Shown here: positions 40,535-49,966 of the stretch, piece by piece
Layout: every line of letters begins with the position of its first letter
Position numbering within the stretch: the stretch's first letter is position 1
NCBI GenBank assembly: GCA_965203355.1
Contig: OZ241889.1
Span: forward strand, 2,368,001-2,432,000
Length of the DNA: 64,000 nucleotides
Reading direction: 5' to 3'
Source: Candidatus Latescibacterota bacterium
GTDB taxonomy: Bacteria > Latescibacterota > UBA2968 > UBA8231
Program-made: the position numbers and the translations under genes
The notes under the pieces: model-generated
What the model was told of the DNA's origin: nothing
The model's input: only the letters and a program-made list of their open reading frames with translations
The model's database searches: none

Positions 40535-42226
40535 CTAGCGGCCAAACCAAGCGGCAATGGCTTTGCGGCTGAGCGCGTTGGGGATGTCGGCGGCGCGGAG
40601 CCAGCCCTTGCGGGCAATGCCGATGCCGTAGCCGAGATGGTCTAGGCCGGCCATGCTGTGGGCGTCGGTGTTGACGGCGATTTGGACGCCGCGGTCACGC
40701 GCCTTTTTGACGTGCCGCCAGTCGAGGTCGAGCCGCGACGGATGGGCGTTGATTTCGAGGGCGACCTCACAGCGGGCGGCGGCTTCGATGATCGAGTCGA
40801 TATCGACAGCATAGCCTTCGCGCTTGAGGAGCAAACGCCCGGTTGGATGGCCGACGATGGTGGCAGCCGGGTGCTCGATGGCGCGGACGATGCGGGCGGT
40901 CATGGCCTCGCGGCTCAGGTTGAACTGCGAATGAACCGAGACGACCACGAAGTCGAACTGGGCAAGCAGCTCGTCGTCGTAGTCGAGTGTGCCGTCGCTG
41001 AGGATATCCGACTCAATGCCTTTGAAGATGCGGAAGGGAGCCAATTCCTCGTTGAGTCGGTCGATTTCTTCCCATTGACGCTGGACGGCCTCAACGCGAA
41101 GCCCGCCGGCGTAGGCCGCGGTCTGGCTGTGGTCGGCAATGCCCATGTACTCAAAGCCGCGTTCTTGTACGGCGCGGGCCATGGCTTCTAGGCTGTCGGC
41201 CCCATCTGAATAGGTCGAATGCAGGTGGAGCATTCCGCGAATGTCGGCGACTGTTACCAACTCGGGCAGCGTGTCGGCGGCGGCGGCGACTTCGCCTTGG
41301 TTTTCACGCAGTTCCGGCGGGATGTAGGCCAGGCCCAAGGCGGCGAACAAAGCCGCTTCATTATCGCACTCGACGCGCTCGCCGCCGCGCCAGAGCCCGC
41401 GTTCGTCGAGGACTAGCCCGCGCTCGGTGGCCTTGGCGCACAGTGCCGCGCGATGTTCCGCGCTGCCCGTGTGGTAGTGTAGGGCTGCGGGGAAGGCATC
41501 TTCTGAGACTATGTGCAAGTTGGCTTGTAGCCCGCTGAACAGCCGCCCGGCGCCCGGTGCGAGGACTTCGGCGATATCCGGGTGGGCGACAAAGGCCGCA
41601 GTCGCGGCCTCGGCGTCGGTGGTGCTGATTACGAAGTCGAGCTGTTGGACCGTCTCGCACGCTCGGCGCAACGCGCCAGCGGTGGCGAATTGCCGTGCAT
41701 AGGGGCGCAAAACGGCGAGCAGACTTTGAGCACTTTGGTGGGCACTATCGACGCGACAATGGCCCTCGTGGGCGCGAATGAACTCGACGCCCTTGAGCAT
41801 GGCGGCCTGAGTTTTGGAGCCAAAGCCCTTGAGCGCGGCGAGTTGGTCGTTGCGACAGGCTTGTTCGAGGGCATCGAGGGTTTCAATGCCGAGGGCCTTG
41901 CGGATGACGGCGATCTTGCGCGGGCCCAAGCCGGGGATTCGCAACATGTCGAGCAGCCCCTCGGGCGTGGTGTCCCGCAGCTTTTCATAGGCTTGGGCCG
42001 TGCCGGTTTCGGCGAACTCGGCGACTAGTTCGGCCACGCTACCGCCGATGCCTTTGACCTCGGTTAGGGTCCCGGCGGCGAGCAGTTCGTCGAGGGGGGA
42101 TGTTAGGGTTTCGAGGGCGCGCACGGCATTGGCGTAGGCGCGGACCCGGAAGGGGGAGGCGCCGCTGAGTTCGAGAAGGGTGGCGTACTCGTCGACAAAA
42201 TCCGCGGCGATTCGGGCCGTTATCAT
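40535..42226 (-). CDS. polX: PolX-PHP (X-family DNA polymerase / 3'-5' exonuclease) with altered polymerase active site
   Basis: PFRVRAY, HhH GIG and GLGPRK, YIPPELRE, HLHSTYSDG, DHS, HPTGR, EINA, NTDAH; ATG 42226 overlaps upstream stop. Confidence 0.92.
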   Translation of the reverse strand: MITARIAADFVDEYATLLELSGASPFRVRAYANAVRALETLTSPLDELLAAGTLTEVKGIGGSVAELVAEFAETGTAQAYEKLRDTTPEGLLDMLRIPGLGPRKIAVIRKALGIETLDALEQACRNDQLAALKGFGSKTQAAMLKGVEFIRAHEGHCRVDSAHQSAQSLLAVLRPYARQFATAGALRRACETVQQLDFVISTTDAEAATAAFVAHPDIAEVLAPGAGRLFSGLQANLHIVSEDAFPAALHYHTGSAEHRAALCAKATERGLVLDERGLWRGGERVECDNEAALFAALGLAYIPPELRENQGEVAAAADTLPELVTVADIRGMLHLHSTYSDGADSLEAMARAVQERGFEYMGIADHSQTAAYAGGLRVEAVQRQWEEIDRLNEELAPFRIFKGIESDILSDGTLDYDDELLAQFDFVVVSVHSQFNLSREAMTARIVRAIEHPAATIVGHPTGRLLLKREGYAVDIDSIIEAAARCEVALEINAHPSRLDLDWRHVKKARDRGVQIAVNTDAHSMAGLDHLGYGIGIARKGWLRAADIPNALSRKAIAAWFGR

Positions 42227-43008
42227 TGCTTTTGCTCGTGCATTAGGCGAAGAATGCGCGATACCAGCGTCGCGTTGCCAGCGGCGAGTCCGTCGGGGAT
42301 GCGGGGGGCGGCTTGGTTGTAGGTGCGCACTTGGTGGTCGCATGTGTGCATGAGGCCGCCGGCCTCGCGCACCAATAGGTCGCCAGCGCAGACATCCCAC
42401 TCGTTTTTGTCTTGGATGCTAAAGTTGAGGTCGCCGACCCCCGCCGCTACTAGGGCTAACTTGTAGGCGACGCTGCCGACGGGGCGGATTGCGCCGAGGT
42501 GCGGGCGAAAGGGGTCGATCTCGCCGCGTTTGGTCTCGCTGCGGCTGACGACGGCCGTGGCTTGGTTGAGCGATTGGACCTCGCTGCAAAACACGCGCCG
42601 ACCATTGCAGAAGGTGCCGCTGCCAGAGACGGCAGCGAATACTTCCTCCTGCGCGGGGTTGTAGATAACCGCGAGGGTCGGCACACCGCTTTCGACTAAG
42701 GCCACGGCAACCACGTATTCGGGAATGCCTGCGACGAATTCGCGGGTGCCGTCGATGGGATCGACGATCCACACGGCTTCTTTTGCGAGACGTTGGCGGT
42801 CATCGACGGTCTCTTCGGAGAGCCAGCCGCAATCTGGGCGCAGGTCGCGCAAGGCTTGCTTGAGGTAAGCGTCCGCTTGGAGATCGGCCGTGGTCAACGG
42901 ATCGTTCCGGTCTTTGTAGGCGACCTCAAGAGGCCCGCCGAAATAGTGCAAGGTCAGTGCCCCGGCCTCGCGGGTGGCTGCTATGGCTTGTTGGAGTTGG
43001 GTTTGCAT
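42223..43008 (-). CDS. cysQ: CysQ-like 3'(2'),5'-bisphosphate nucleotidase / inositol monophosphatase family
   Basis: PLTTAD, WLSEE, WIVDPIDGTREF, EWDVCAG. Confidence 0.8.
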   Translation of the reverse strand: MQTQLQQAIAATREAGALTLHYFGGPLEVAYKDRNDPLTTADLQADAYLKQALRDLRPDCGWLSEETVDDRQRLAKEAVWIVDPIDGTREFVAGIPEYVVAVALVESGVPTLAVIYNPAQEEVFAAVSGSGTFCNGRRVFCSEVQSLNQATAVVSRSETKRGEIDPFRPHLGAIRPVGSVAYKLALVAAGVGDLNFSIQDKNEWDVCAGDLLVREAGGLMHTCDHQVRTYNQAAPRIPDGLAAGNATLVSRILRLMHEQKQ

Positions 43009-43074
43009 GAACAAAGTCTGAAAATAGGGGTTAAAATTAGGGAGAGCAATGGGTCGCATGAGAGCGAGAACGGC

Positions 43075-43104
43075 TTGACAAGACAGCGCGGCGTCGGGTA
43101 GATT
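43075..43104 (+). promoter_or_regulatory. Possible sigma70 promoter
   Basis: TTGACA, 18 bp spacer, TAGATT in divergent intergenic region. Confidence 0.45.
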
Positions 43105-43130
43105 GAGAAGGCAGAATTGACAACTTCACA

Positions 43131-43769
43131 ATGAGGTGGAACATGCGTTGGATACTATGGATTTGGCTGCCGATGGTCTTGCTGGCGGCACGCGGGGCTG
43201 AGGCGACGATGGAGACCGAAGCGGTGCGGAGCCTGCTGCAAGAGATGCAGGCCGAAGAAGCGTGGGGTGAAGCCTCATTTACCGATGGCCGGGTGCGCTC
43301 GTTGCGCGTGCGGGCGCTCGAGGCGGATTCGGTGGCGGTCGTCGAGGTCGTCGGTGCCTTGCAGGAGCGAGAGGCGGCGTATGCGCTGGCCGAAATTCGC
43401 GCGCTGCGCGCGCTAGGGACGCATCGCATTCAGGCACGCCACGCCGCGTACCAACGGCCAAAGTCCGGGCTGTTGGCCTTCCTGCTGGAGTTGCCCGTGC
43501 CGGGCGCGGGCTATTTCTACATTGGCGAGCACAAACAGGGTCTCGCGCTCATGGGGCTGACGGTCACGGCGCTAGGGACGGCCGTTCTGACGGGTGCGGA
43601 CACCGCGGCTGGTTGGGTGCCGCTGTCGGCGTGGATCAAGATCGCGTCGCTGGTCCATCTGCGCGACCAAGTACAAACCATTAACAAGTGGGCCAAGAAC
43701 GTGGAACTGGGTGCTCTGCCCGGGCGCGAAGCCGCGGTTCCCGCCGTGCGGCTGAGGTTGGGTTTTTAA
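43131..43769 (+). CDS. Hypothetical exported/membrane protein
   Basis: Signal peptide; KSGLLAFLL..PVPGAGYFYIG motif (TM2/DUF5683-like); C-terminal LRLGF. Confidence 0.7.
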   Translation: MRWNMRWILWIWLPMVLLAARGAEATMETEAVRSLLQEMQAEEAWGEASFTDGRVRSLRVRALEADSVAVVEVVGALQEREAAYALAEIRALRALGTHRIQARHAAYQRPKSGLLAFLLELPVPGAGYFYIGEHKQGLALMGLTVTALGTAVLTGADTAAGWVPLSAWIKIASLVHLRDQVQTINKWAKNVELGALPGREAAVPAVRLRLGF

Positions 43770-43859
43770 GCACCGAAACTGTCCGCTCAAAGGTCCCCGT
43801 CTATACCGTCTCCATCGGAATCCCCACCCCCATCTTCTTCAGATGCAACGCCTTGGATC

Positions 43860-44093
43860 ATGCAGGCTCTCAACCGGATCTATGAACGACTTGACGAGAT
43901 TGGGAAGGACGTGAGCGAGCTGAAGGAACGAATCACACGCGTCGAAGAGAAAATTCAGCCTATCCCGAAGATCGAAAAGAAATTGTGGAACCTTCAACGC
44001 AATTTTTGGATCGCTACTGGAATACTGCTGGTTATTGTCTTTTTAGCGCGAATGGTCCTACCGGATTTCGATATCACTATAACGCCAAAGTAA
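43860..44093 (+). CDS. Small coiled-coil protein with C-terminal TM helix; AT-richer than flanks
   Basis: Heptad pattern LDEIGKDVSELKERITRVEEKI followed by a hydrophobic helix. Confidence 0.6.
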   Translation: MQALNRIYERLDEIGKDVSELKERITRVEEKIQPIPKIEKKLWNLQRNFWIATGILLVIVFLARMVLPDFDITITPK

Positions 44094-44144
44094 AGTAATA
44101 ACAGTCAGCAGCCTAACGATCACATCGGACCTACGCTTTTGGAT

Positions 44145-44171
44145 ACCGGCCCTTGCGGGGGCCGGTTTTTT
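44145..44171 (+). terminator. Intrinsic terminator between convergent genes
   Basis: ACCGGCCC-loop-GGGCCGGT followed by T run. Confidence 0.8.
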
Positions 44172-47100
44172 ATGCTCGCCAGACGCGGCCGAGCCAAGCC
44201 CTTAGATCCATAGCCAAGCTGAGGAAGGTGGGCACCAAGAAGAGGGTGAATAGCGTCGAAAGCAGCAAGCCGCCGATGACGACGCTGCCCAAGCCGCGGT
44301 AGAGTTCGGAGCCCGCGCCAGGGAAGATGACTAGCGGCAGCATTCCCAAGGCACTGGTAATCATGGACATGAAGATCGGCCGGACGCGGCTGAAAACCGC
44401 GTCGCGGATGGCCTCTTTGACTGGCGTTTCGGGCGCGCCGCGCAGGATATTGAGCGTCTGGTGGACAATGAGGATGGCGTTGTTTACCACCACGCCGATG
44501 AGGATGACAAAACCGAGCATGGTGAGGATGTCGAGCGGCTGATAGGTCAGCGCGAGGTTGACGACCTCCAGCCCGAGAATGCCGCCCGCTAGTGCCGGCG
44601 GTACGCTGAGCATGATGACGAATGGGTAGAGGAAACTCTCAAAGAGCGCGGCCATCAGCAGATATGTAATCACCAAGGCTAACAGGAAGTTCCACTGGAG
44701 CGCTTGGCGGGTGCGCCGCAGATCGTCGGCCGAGCCGGAAAGCCGGATCTGGTAGGGCGGTGCCAGTTCGCCCGAATCGACGAGCGGTTGGACGATCTGA
44801 GTCTGGATATCATCGAGCACCGTCTCTAAGGCGATGGTCTCTGGCGGGATGACTTGGACGGTGATGGCCCGGCTGCGCTCGATGTGGTTGATCTGCTCGG
44901 GGCCGGTGGTAACTTCGACGAGTGCCACGGCGCTGAGCGGCACTAGCTGCCCGCGTGGAGTGTAGATGGGCAGGGCCTCAATGTCTTGAGTGCGGAACCA
45001 ATCCTCCTCGCCCCGCAGCACCAAATCGATTTCCTCCCCTTGAAATTGATAGCCATCAACGAGGGCGCCGTCTAGCAGCGCGTTGACCGCCGAGCCGATG
45101 TCCCGCGCCGAAAGCCCCAAGTCGGCGGCACGCACGCGGTCGGGGAGGATGCGGACTTCTGGATTGCCCAAGTCGAGGCTGGGGATGGGGCGGGCTTGGG
45201 CACCGGGCACGACTTGGCGGACTTGGCCGAAGATCCGTCCGCCCAATCCGATGAGGCGGTTTAGATCGGGCCCGGTGATCTCGATGTCGATGGAGCGCCC
45301 GCTGCCGGTGGCGCGCTGGAAGAGACTCGACTGCTGGACGATGGCGAAGGTGCCCGGTACGCCGCCGAAAACCGGCCCTTGGATGACCGGAATCAGCTCG
45401 CGCACCCGCGCCGGATCGGCTGAGCGCGCGCCCATGAAGGCCGAGCGGCCAAAGGCCACGAAGAACATGTTGTCAACCGGTGGTCCCGACAGCGCTTGGG
45501 CTTGAGGGGTGTCCGGGGTGGCTGCCGCTTCCCAGTGGGGCCGCAGGGCGTCTTCAATGGTCTGGCCGACTTGGATAAGCTCGTCGAGGTTGTAACCGGG
45601 CGGCGGCAGAATGATGCCAAAGACTAGGTTGCGGTTGCCAGTGGGCAGGTATTCGGATTTGGGCAGCAGGGTCCAAGCGATGGCCAGCGAGAGGCCGATC
45701 AGTCCGGCGATGACCCCCAAACGCCATACCGTGCTGCCGCTGATGCGGAAGACGCTTTGAGCAATAAAGTGGCGCACTCGGTCGCCCCAAGCAGCCAATG
45801 CGTCCCCGCGCTGCTTATCGCCGCCGAGGATTTTGTTGGCCAAGCTGGGGATGACCGAGAGGGCCACGATCAAACTGAGCACCACCGAGCAGGAAACCGC
45901 AAGGGCGATGTCGCGGAAGAGCTGGCCGGCCTCGTCCTCGACAAAGACGATCGGCAGGAAGATCGCCACGGTAGTCAAGGTGCTGGCTAGGAGCGCCCCC
46001 CAGACCTCCGAAGCTCCGTCCAAGGCCGCCCGGGCGCGGGTTTTGCCCATTTGATGGTGGCGGAAAATGTTTTCGAGCGCGACGATGGCATTGTCGATGA
46101 CCATGCCCACCGCAAAGCTCATACCGGCCAAGCTAACGACGTTGATGTTGCGGCCCAAAAGCCACATAGCCAAAAAGGTGCCGACAATTGAAATCGGGAT
46201 GGCCGTGGCGATGATCGCCACCGAACTGATGCTGCGCAGGAAGATGAAGAGCACGGCCACGGCCAGCGTGCCGCCGATGATGATGTTGGAGCGGACCAAG
46301 TTGATGGCGCTGTCGATGTAGTCGGTCTCGTCGTACACCTGCGTGAGGCGGATCCCCTCGCGGGCCAGCGGCCCCTCGTTGAGCTCTTGGATGGTGCGGC
46401 GGATGCCGTCCATAACTTCGAGGACGTTGGCTCCGGTCTCGCGCTGGGCGTTGATGGCAATGGCGGGGTGGCCCTTTTGTCGCACGGCCGCCCCAGCGCG
46501 GACGTAGCCGAGGCGGGTGCGGGCGATCTCGCCGACGGTGACTCGGGTGCCATTGGCCGAGCGGACGACGACCTGCTCGATGTCGCCGGGCTGCTGGTAC
46601 TGGCCGACGGTGCGTACGATGTAGCGGCGCTTGCCCTCGTCAAAAGCCCCGGCGCTGGTGTTGGCGTTTTCGCGAGTGAGGGCCTGGGCCAGGTCTTGGA
46701 CGGTGATCTGGCGGGCGGCCATAGCCTGCGGATCGACGATGACTTGGAGCTGGCGGTCGTAGCCGCCATAGACATTGCTCCGGGACACGCCGGGTACGCG
46801 CTCGAGGGCGGTCTTCACCACTTCCTCGGCGTAGTCGCGGTAGCGCTCGATGTCCAGACCGTCGCGGCCCGGCAAGGATTCGAGTATGATCCACGTGATG
46901 GCCCCGCTTGGGCCGCTGCCGCCGGCCGAGAGCACGGGCCGCTCGGCGTCGAGCGGATAGCCAAACACTTGATCGAGCTTGTTGGAGACGAGCAAAAGCA
47001 CCGCATCTGGATCGACGCCGACGTTGAACTCGAGCGCGACCACGCCGCGACTGTCGTTGCTCTCGCTGGTCATCAGCACCAGCCCCTCGACGCTTTTGAG

Positions 47101-47310
47101 CTGTTCCTCTTGGCGCTGGACGATCTCTTGCTCGACTTCTTCGGGGCTAGCGCCCGGCCACGCGGTGGTAACTGTAACGATGGGCCGATCGACGTCCGGG
47201 GTGAGCTGAACGGGGATGCGGAAGAGGGATATCAGGCCGAACAGCGCGACAAAGAGCACGCCGACGATCACGCTGACGGGACGCTTGATGGCCGTATCGA
47301 CTAGGCGCAT
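44170..47310 (-). CDS. RND efflux transporter permease (AcrB/HAE1-like)
   Basis: PGASPEEVEQ, GMVIDNAIVALENI, ASTLTT, FES..YPFVI, GVVVNNAIL, RVRPIFM. Confidence 0.95.
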   Translation of the reverse strand: MRLVDTAIKRPVSVIVGVLFVALFGLISLFRIPVQLTPDVDRPIVTVTTAWPGASPEEVEQEIVQRQEEQLKSVEGLVLMTSESNDSRGVVALEFNVGVDPDAVLLLVSNKLDQVFGYPLDAERPVLSAGGSGPSGAITWIILESLPGRDGLDIERYRDYAEEVVKTALERVPGVSRSNVYGGYDRQLQVIVDPQAMAARQITVQDLAQALTRENANTSAGAFDEGKRRYIVRTVGQYQQPGDIEQVVVRSANGTRVTVGEIARTRLGYVRAGAAVRQKGHPAIAINAQRETGANVLEVMDGIRRTIQELNEGPLAREGIRLTQVYDETDYIDSAINLVRSNIIIGGTLAVAVLFIFLRSISSVAIIATAIPISIVGTFLAMWLLGRNINVVSLAGMSFAVGMVIDNAIVALENIFRHHQMGKTRARAALDGASEVWGALLASTLTTVAIFLPIVFVEDEAGQLFRDIALAVSCSVVLSLIVALSVIPSLANKILGGDKQRGDALAAWGDRVRHFIAQSVFRISGSTVWRLGVIAGLIGLSLAIAWTLLPKSEYLPTGNRNLVFGIILPPPGYNLDELIQVGQTIEDALRPHWEAAATPDTPQAQALSGPPVDNMFFVAFGRSAFMGARSADPARVRELIPVIQGPVFGGVPGTFAIVQQSSLFQRATGSGRSIDIEITGPDLNRLIGLGGRIFGQVRQVVPGAQARPIPSLDLGNPEVRILPDRVRAADLGLSARDIGSAVNALLDGALVDGYQFQGEEIDLVLRGEEDWFRTQDIEALPIYTPRGQLVPLSAVALVEVTTGPEQINHIERSRAITVQVIPPETIALETVLDDIQTQIVQPLVDSGELAPPYQIRLSGSADDLRRTRQALQWNFLLALVITYLLMAALFESFLYPFVIMLSVPPALAGGILGLEVVNLALTYQPLDILTMLGFVILIGVVVNNAILIVHQTLNILRGAPETPVKEAIRDAVFSRVRPIFMSMITSALGMLPLVIFPGAGSELYRGLGSVVIGGLLLSTLFTLFLVPTFLSLAMDLRAWLGRVWRA

Positions 47311-47316
47311 GACGGA

Positions 47317-48327
47317 CTAGGGCTGCCGGCGGATGATGCGCACGGCTTGGCCGTCCATCAGCCGCTCGTTGCCGCGCACCACTACGAGGTCGCCGGGCGC
47401 GAGGTCGCCAGTAACGGCTACGTAGCCCTTGTACGCCAGTCCAGTTTCGACCGGGCGACCGACGGCCTTGCCGTCGCGGGCTAGGTACACGACTTGTCCC
47501 GGCGGGCCGGAGACTAGGGCGTCCTTGTGTACCAGAATTGAGGTCTTGGGTTGCGCGATCTGGAAGCGCACGCGTGCGGACATATTGCTGCGCATCTGGC
47601 CGTCTGGGTTGGGAGCCCCGACGACGACCGGGAAGGTGCGAGAGGCGGCATAGCCCTCGGCGAGGATGATGGCCACGAGGCCGGCAATGGGGTCGCCGCC
47701 GAGGGCATCGACGAAGATGTCTGCGCGGTCGCCCAAGGTGAGCTGCGACACGTACCGCTCGGGCACATCGACGTACACGCGGACGGTGTCAATGGAGATT
47801 ACTTGGGCCATCTCGCCGCCGCGCCCGACCCATTGGCCGACCTCGGTAAAGGTCTGGATGATGTGCCCGGCGAAAGGGGCGCGGACGAAGAGATCGTCTA
47901 CTTGCGCTTGGAGGCCGGCTAGCTTGGCTTGGGCACGGGCTAGCTCGTAGACGTCGTCGCGCAGGTCTTGCTCAGACACCGCGTCGGTGGCGCGTAGCTG
48001 GCGGCTGCGGTCGTAGTTAAACTGGCGCAGTTCAAAATCGGCTTGGGCTTCGGCTAGCGAGGCTTGGAGCGGATCGTTGGCTAATTCAAAAAGCGGATCG
48101 CCGCCGCGCACGGCTTGGCCGGTTTCCTTGAAACGCCGGACCACTCGTCCCTCGGTCTCGGCGGCGACGCGGCTGGAACGCATGGGCTGGATGCGCCCGA
48201 CCAAGGAGAGTTCTTCGACGAGCGGCTGTTCGAGGACCTCGGCGACGATGACCGGCGTCGGCGGGCGCTCTTGGCCGCGGAGTGCGCTGGGCAGCAAGGT
48301 CAGGAGCAGGAGGAAGACACGGAACAT
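47317..48327 (-). CDS. RND periplasmic adaptor (MFP)
   Basis: VRAPFAG, VDVPE, SRTFPV, GDLVVVRGNERL; adjacent to the RND gene. Confidence 0.92.
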   Translation of the reverse strand: MFRVFLLLLTLLPSALRGQERPPTPVIVAEVLEQPLVEELSLVGRIQPMRSSRVAAETEGRVVRRFKETGQAVRGGDPLFELANDPLQASLAEAQADFELRQFNYDRSRQLRATDAVSEQDLRDDVYELARAQAKLAGLQAQVDDLFVRAPFAGHIIQTFTEVGQWVGRGGEMAQVISIDTVRVYVDVPERYVSQLTLGDRADIFVDALGGDPIAGLVAIILAEGYAASRTFPVVVGAPNPDGQMRSNMSARVRFQIAQPKTSILVHKDALVSGPPGQVVYLARDGKAVGRPVETGLAYKGYVAVTGDLAPGDLVVVRGNERLMDGQAVRIIRRQP

Positions 48328-48405
48328 TGATAGATGCCTTTGGCAGATGGCCGAGTGAAAAGTCGCCAAGAAAGTAGGAATTGGATTGAACCGAGACAAT
48401 AGGCA

Positions 48406-49200
48406 CTACTTGCGCCGTAGAACGGCGGTCTCGCGTGCAAACCGCGCTCGATGGTCTTGGCCGCCGCTGGCTCCGTACTGAGCGATCAGGTGCTCGATGC
48501 GGCGGATGCGCTCGCCGGTGGGCGGATGGCTGGCGAAGAGCTTTGCCAAGTCGGATCGTCGGTGCGCTTCGAGCTTTTTCAGCTTTGCAAAAAAGCGCAG
48601 CAGACCGTGCGGATCGTACCCCGCCTCAAGGGCGTAGCGGACGCCGAAAGTATCGGCTTCGCGCTCGTCGTCGCGGCTGAAGCGGGCACTGCCGAGCTGG
48701 GCGGCGATCTGGCCGAGTTGGTAGGGATCTTCGCCGAGGGCGAGCTTGGTGAGGAAGTCCATGCCGAAGCGGGCGGCGAGTTGGTTGGCCGAGTGGCGGC
48801 CGACGATGTGGCCGATCTCATGGGCGAGGACGCCGGCGATCTCGGCCTCGTCTTCGGCGATCAGCAGCAGGCCGCTATAGACGTAGAGGTAGCCGCCGAG
48901 GACGGCGAAGGCGTTTATTTGCTTGGGGTCGTCGAGGACCTTAACGCGGTAGCGGATGCCGGGGCGATCGGCGAGGGCCGGGGGCAACAGGGCTTTGGTG
49001 ACGCGCTGAATGTAGGACTGGAGGCCGCGGTCCGGGTGGAGGCGTTGTTGGGCTTCGATTTGCGCGGCGAACTTCGCGCCGAGTTTGCTCTCGGTTTCAG
49101 CGGAAATCAGGACATAACCCAGCTCGCGGCGGACGCTGGCGCAGCCAGACGAGAGGGCACAAGTGGCGACGAGCAGGACGAGGAGGGGGCGTTGGAACAT
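48406..49200 (-). CDS. M48-family zinc metallopeptidase lipoprotein
   Basis: LSSGC lipobox, INAFA..GG, AGVLAHEIGH, FSRDDEREAD, SHP. Confidence 0.93.
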   Translation of the reverse strand: MFQRPLLVLLVATCALSSGCASVRRELGYVLISAETESKLGAKFAAQIEAQQRLHPDRGLQSYIQRVTKALLPPALADRPGIRYRVKVLDDPKQINAFAVLGGYLYVYSGLLLIAEDEAEIAGVLAHEIGHIVGRHSANQLAARFGMDFLTKLALGEDPYQLGQIAAQLGSARFSRDDEREADTFGVRYALEAGYDPHGLLRFFAKLKKLEAHRRSDLAKLFASHPPTGERIRRIEHLIAQYGASGGQDHRARFARETAVLRRK

Positions 49201-49245
49201 GGCCGTTGGCTTTCTGGCGATGGGTACGGGTTAAACACCAAACGG

Positions 49246-49965
49246 CTAGCGCTGGTTCTTTTTTTTTCGCGCACCAAACTCGATCATTTTTTTTTGCGGC
49301 GAGAGGTTGATTTCGTCGAGTACTATGCCGTCGCGCGCGGTCAGGGCTTGGACGACGACCGCGGCGACATCTTCCGGCAAAATGTAATTGTCGGGTGCTG
49401 GGCCGGGCCGGAAGTCCAAGGCGTCGAAAAAGGGCGATTGGACCAGGCCGGGGTTGACCAAGGTGACGCGGACGCCGGCGCGGGCACACTCGGCGCGCAG
49501 GGCTTGGGCGAGGCCGCGCAGGGCGAATTTGGCCGCGCAGTACAAGCTGCCTTGGGCCGTCCCCGCGTGCGCGGCTTCCGACCCCATAAAGACCAAGTGC
49601 CCGCGTCCGGCCTTTTTGAGGGTCGGCAAAAAGGCCCGGGCGACGAAGGCGTGGCTGGTGAAATTGAGATCGATCGCGGCGCGGATTTGCTCGTAGGAAA
49701 ACTGCTCTAGGGTGCCGAAGCGACCGATGCCGGCATTGAGCACTAGGGCGTCGAGAGCCGGGTAGGTGGCGACGAGAGTTCGTAGGTGCTTGGGGAGTTG
49801 ATCGAGGTCGGCGAGGTCGATTGTATGCGACTCGAAGTGGCGGTCCGCGCAGGGAAACTTGCCGAAATCGCGGGCAACGCCAATGGCGCGATGATCGTCG
49901 GCGAGGAGCCTTTCACAGATGGCGCGGCCAATGCCGGAACTGGCCCCAGTAACTAAGACGCGCAT
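49246..49965 (-). CDS. Short-chain dehydrogenase/reductase
   Basis: VLVTGASSGIG, NAG, GS, YCAAK, NPG; ATG at 49965. Confidence 0.93.
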   Translation of the reverse strand: MRVLVTGASSGIGRAICERLLADDHRAIGVARDFGKFPCADRHFESHTIDLADLDQLPKHLRTLVATYPALDALVLNAGIGRFGTLEQFSYEQIRAAIDLNFTSHAFVARAFLPTLKKAGRGHLVFMGSEAAHAGTAQGSLYCAAKFALRGLAQALRAECARAGVRVTLVNPGLVQSPFFDALDFRPGPAPDNYILPEDVAAVVVQALTARDGIVLDEINLSPQKKMIEFGARKKKNQR

Positions 49966-49966
49966 A

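Noticed and set aside
42227-42400. Longer PolX N-terminus from the ORF track
   Set aside because: It overlaps cysQ in another frame; the ATGA-coupled start at 42226 matches the PolX N-terminus.
44170-48327. RND and MFP genes without an adjacent outer-membrane factor
   Set aside because: Common arrangement; TolC-like partners are often encoded elsewhere.
49259-49295. Two T9 homopolymers as phase-variation sites
   Set aside because: They encode Lys runs at the extreme SDR C-terminus, so slippage would barely change the protein.
48451-49710. 419-aa plus-strand ORF, and other long antisense ORFs such as 46387-47304, 24821-25687 and 59468-60337
   Set aside because: Shadow ORFs opposite well-supported genes in GC-rich DNA, with no recognisable motifs.
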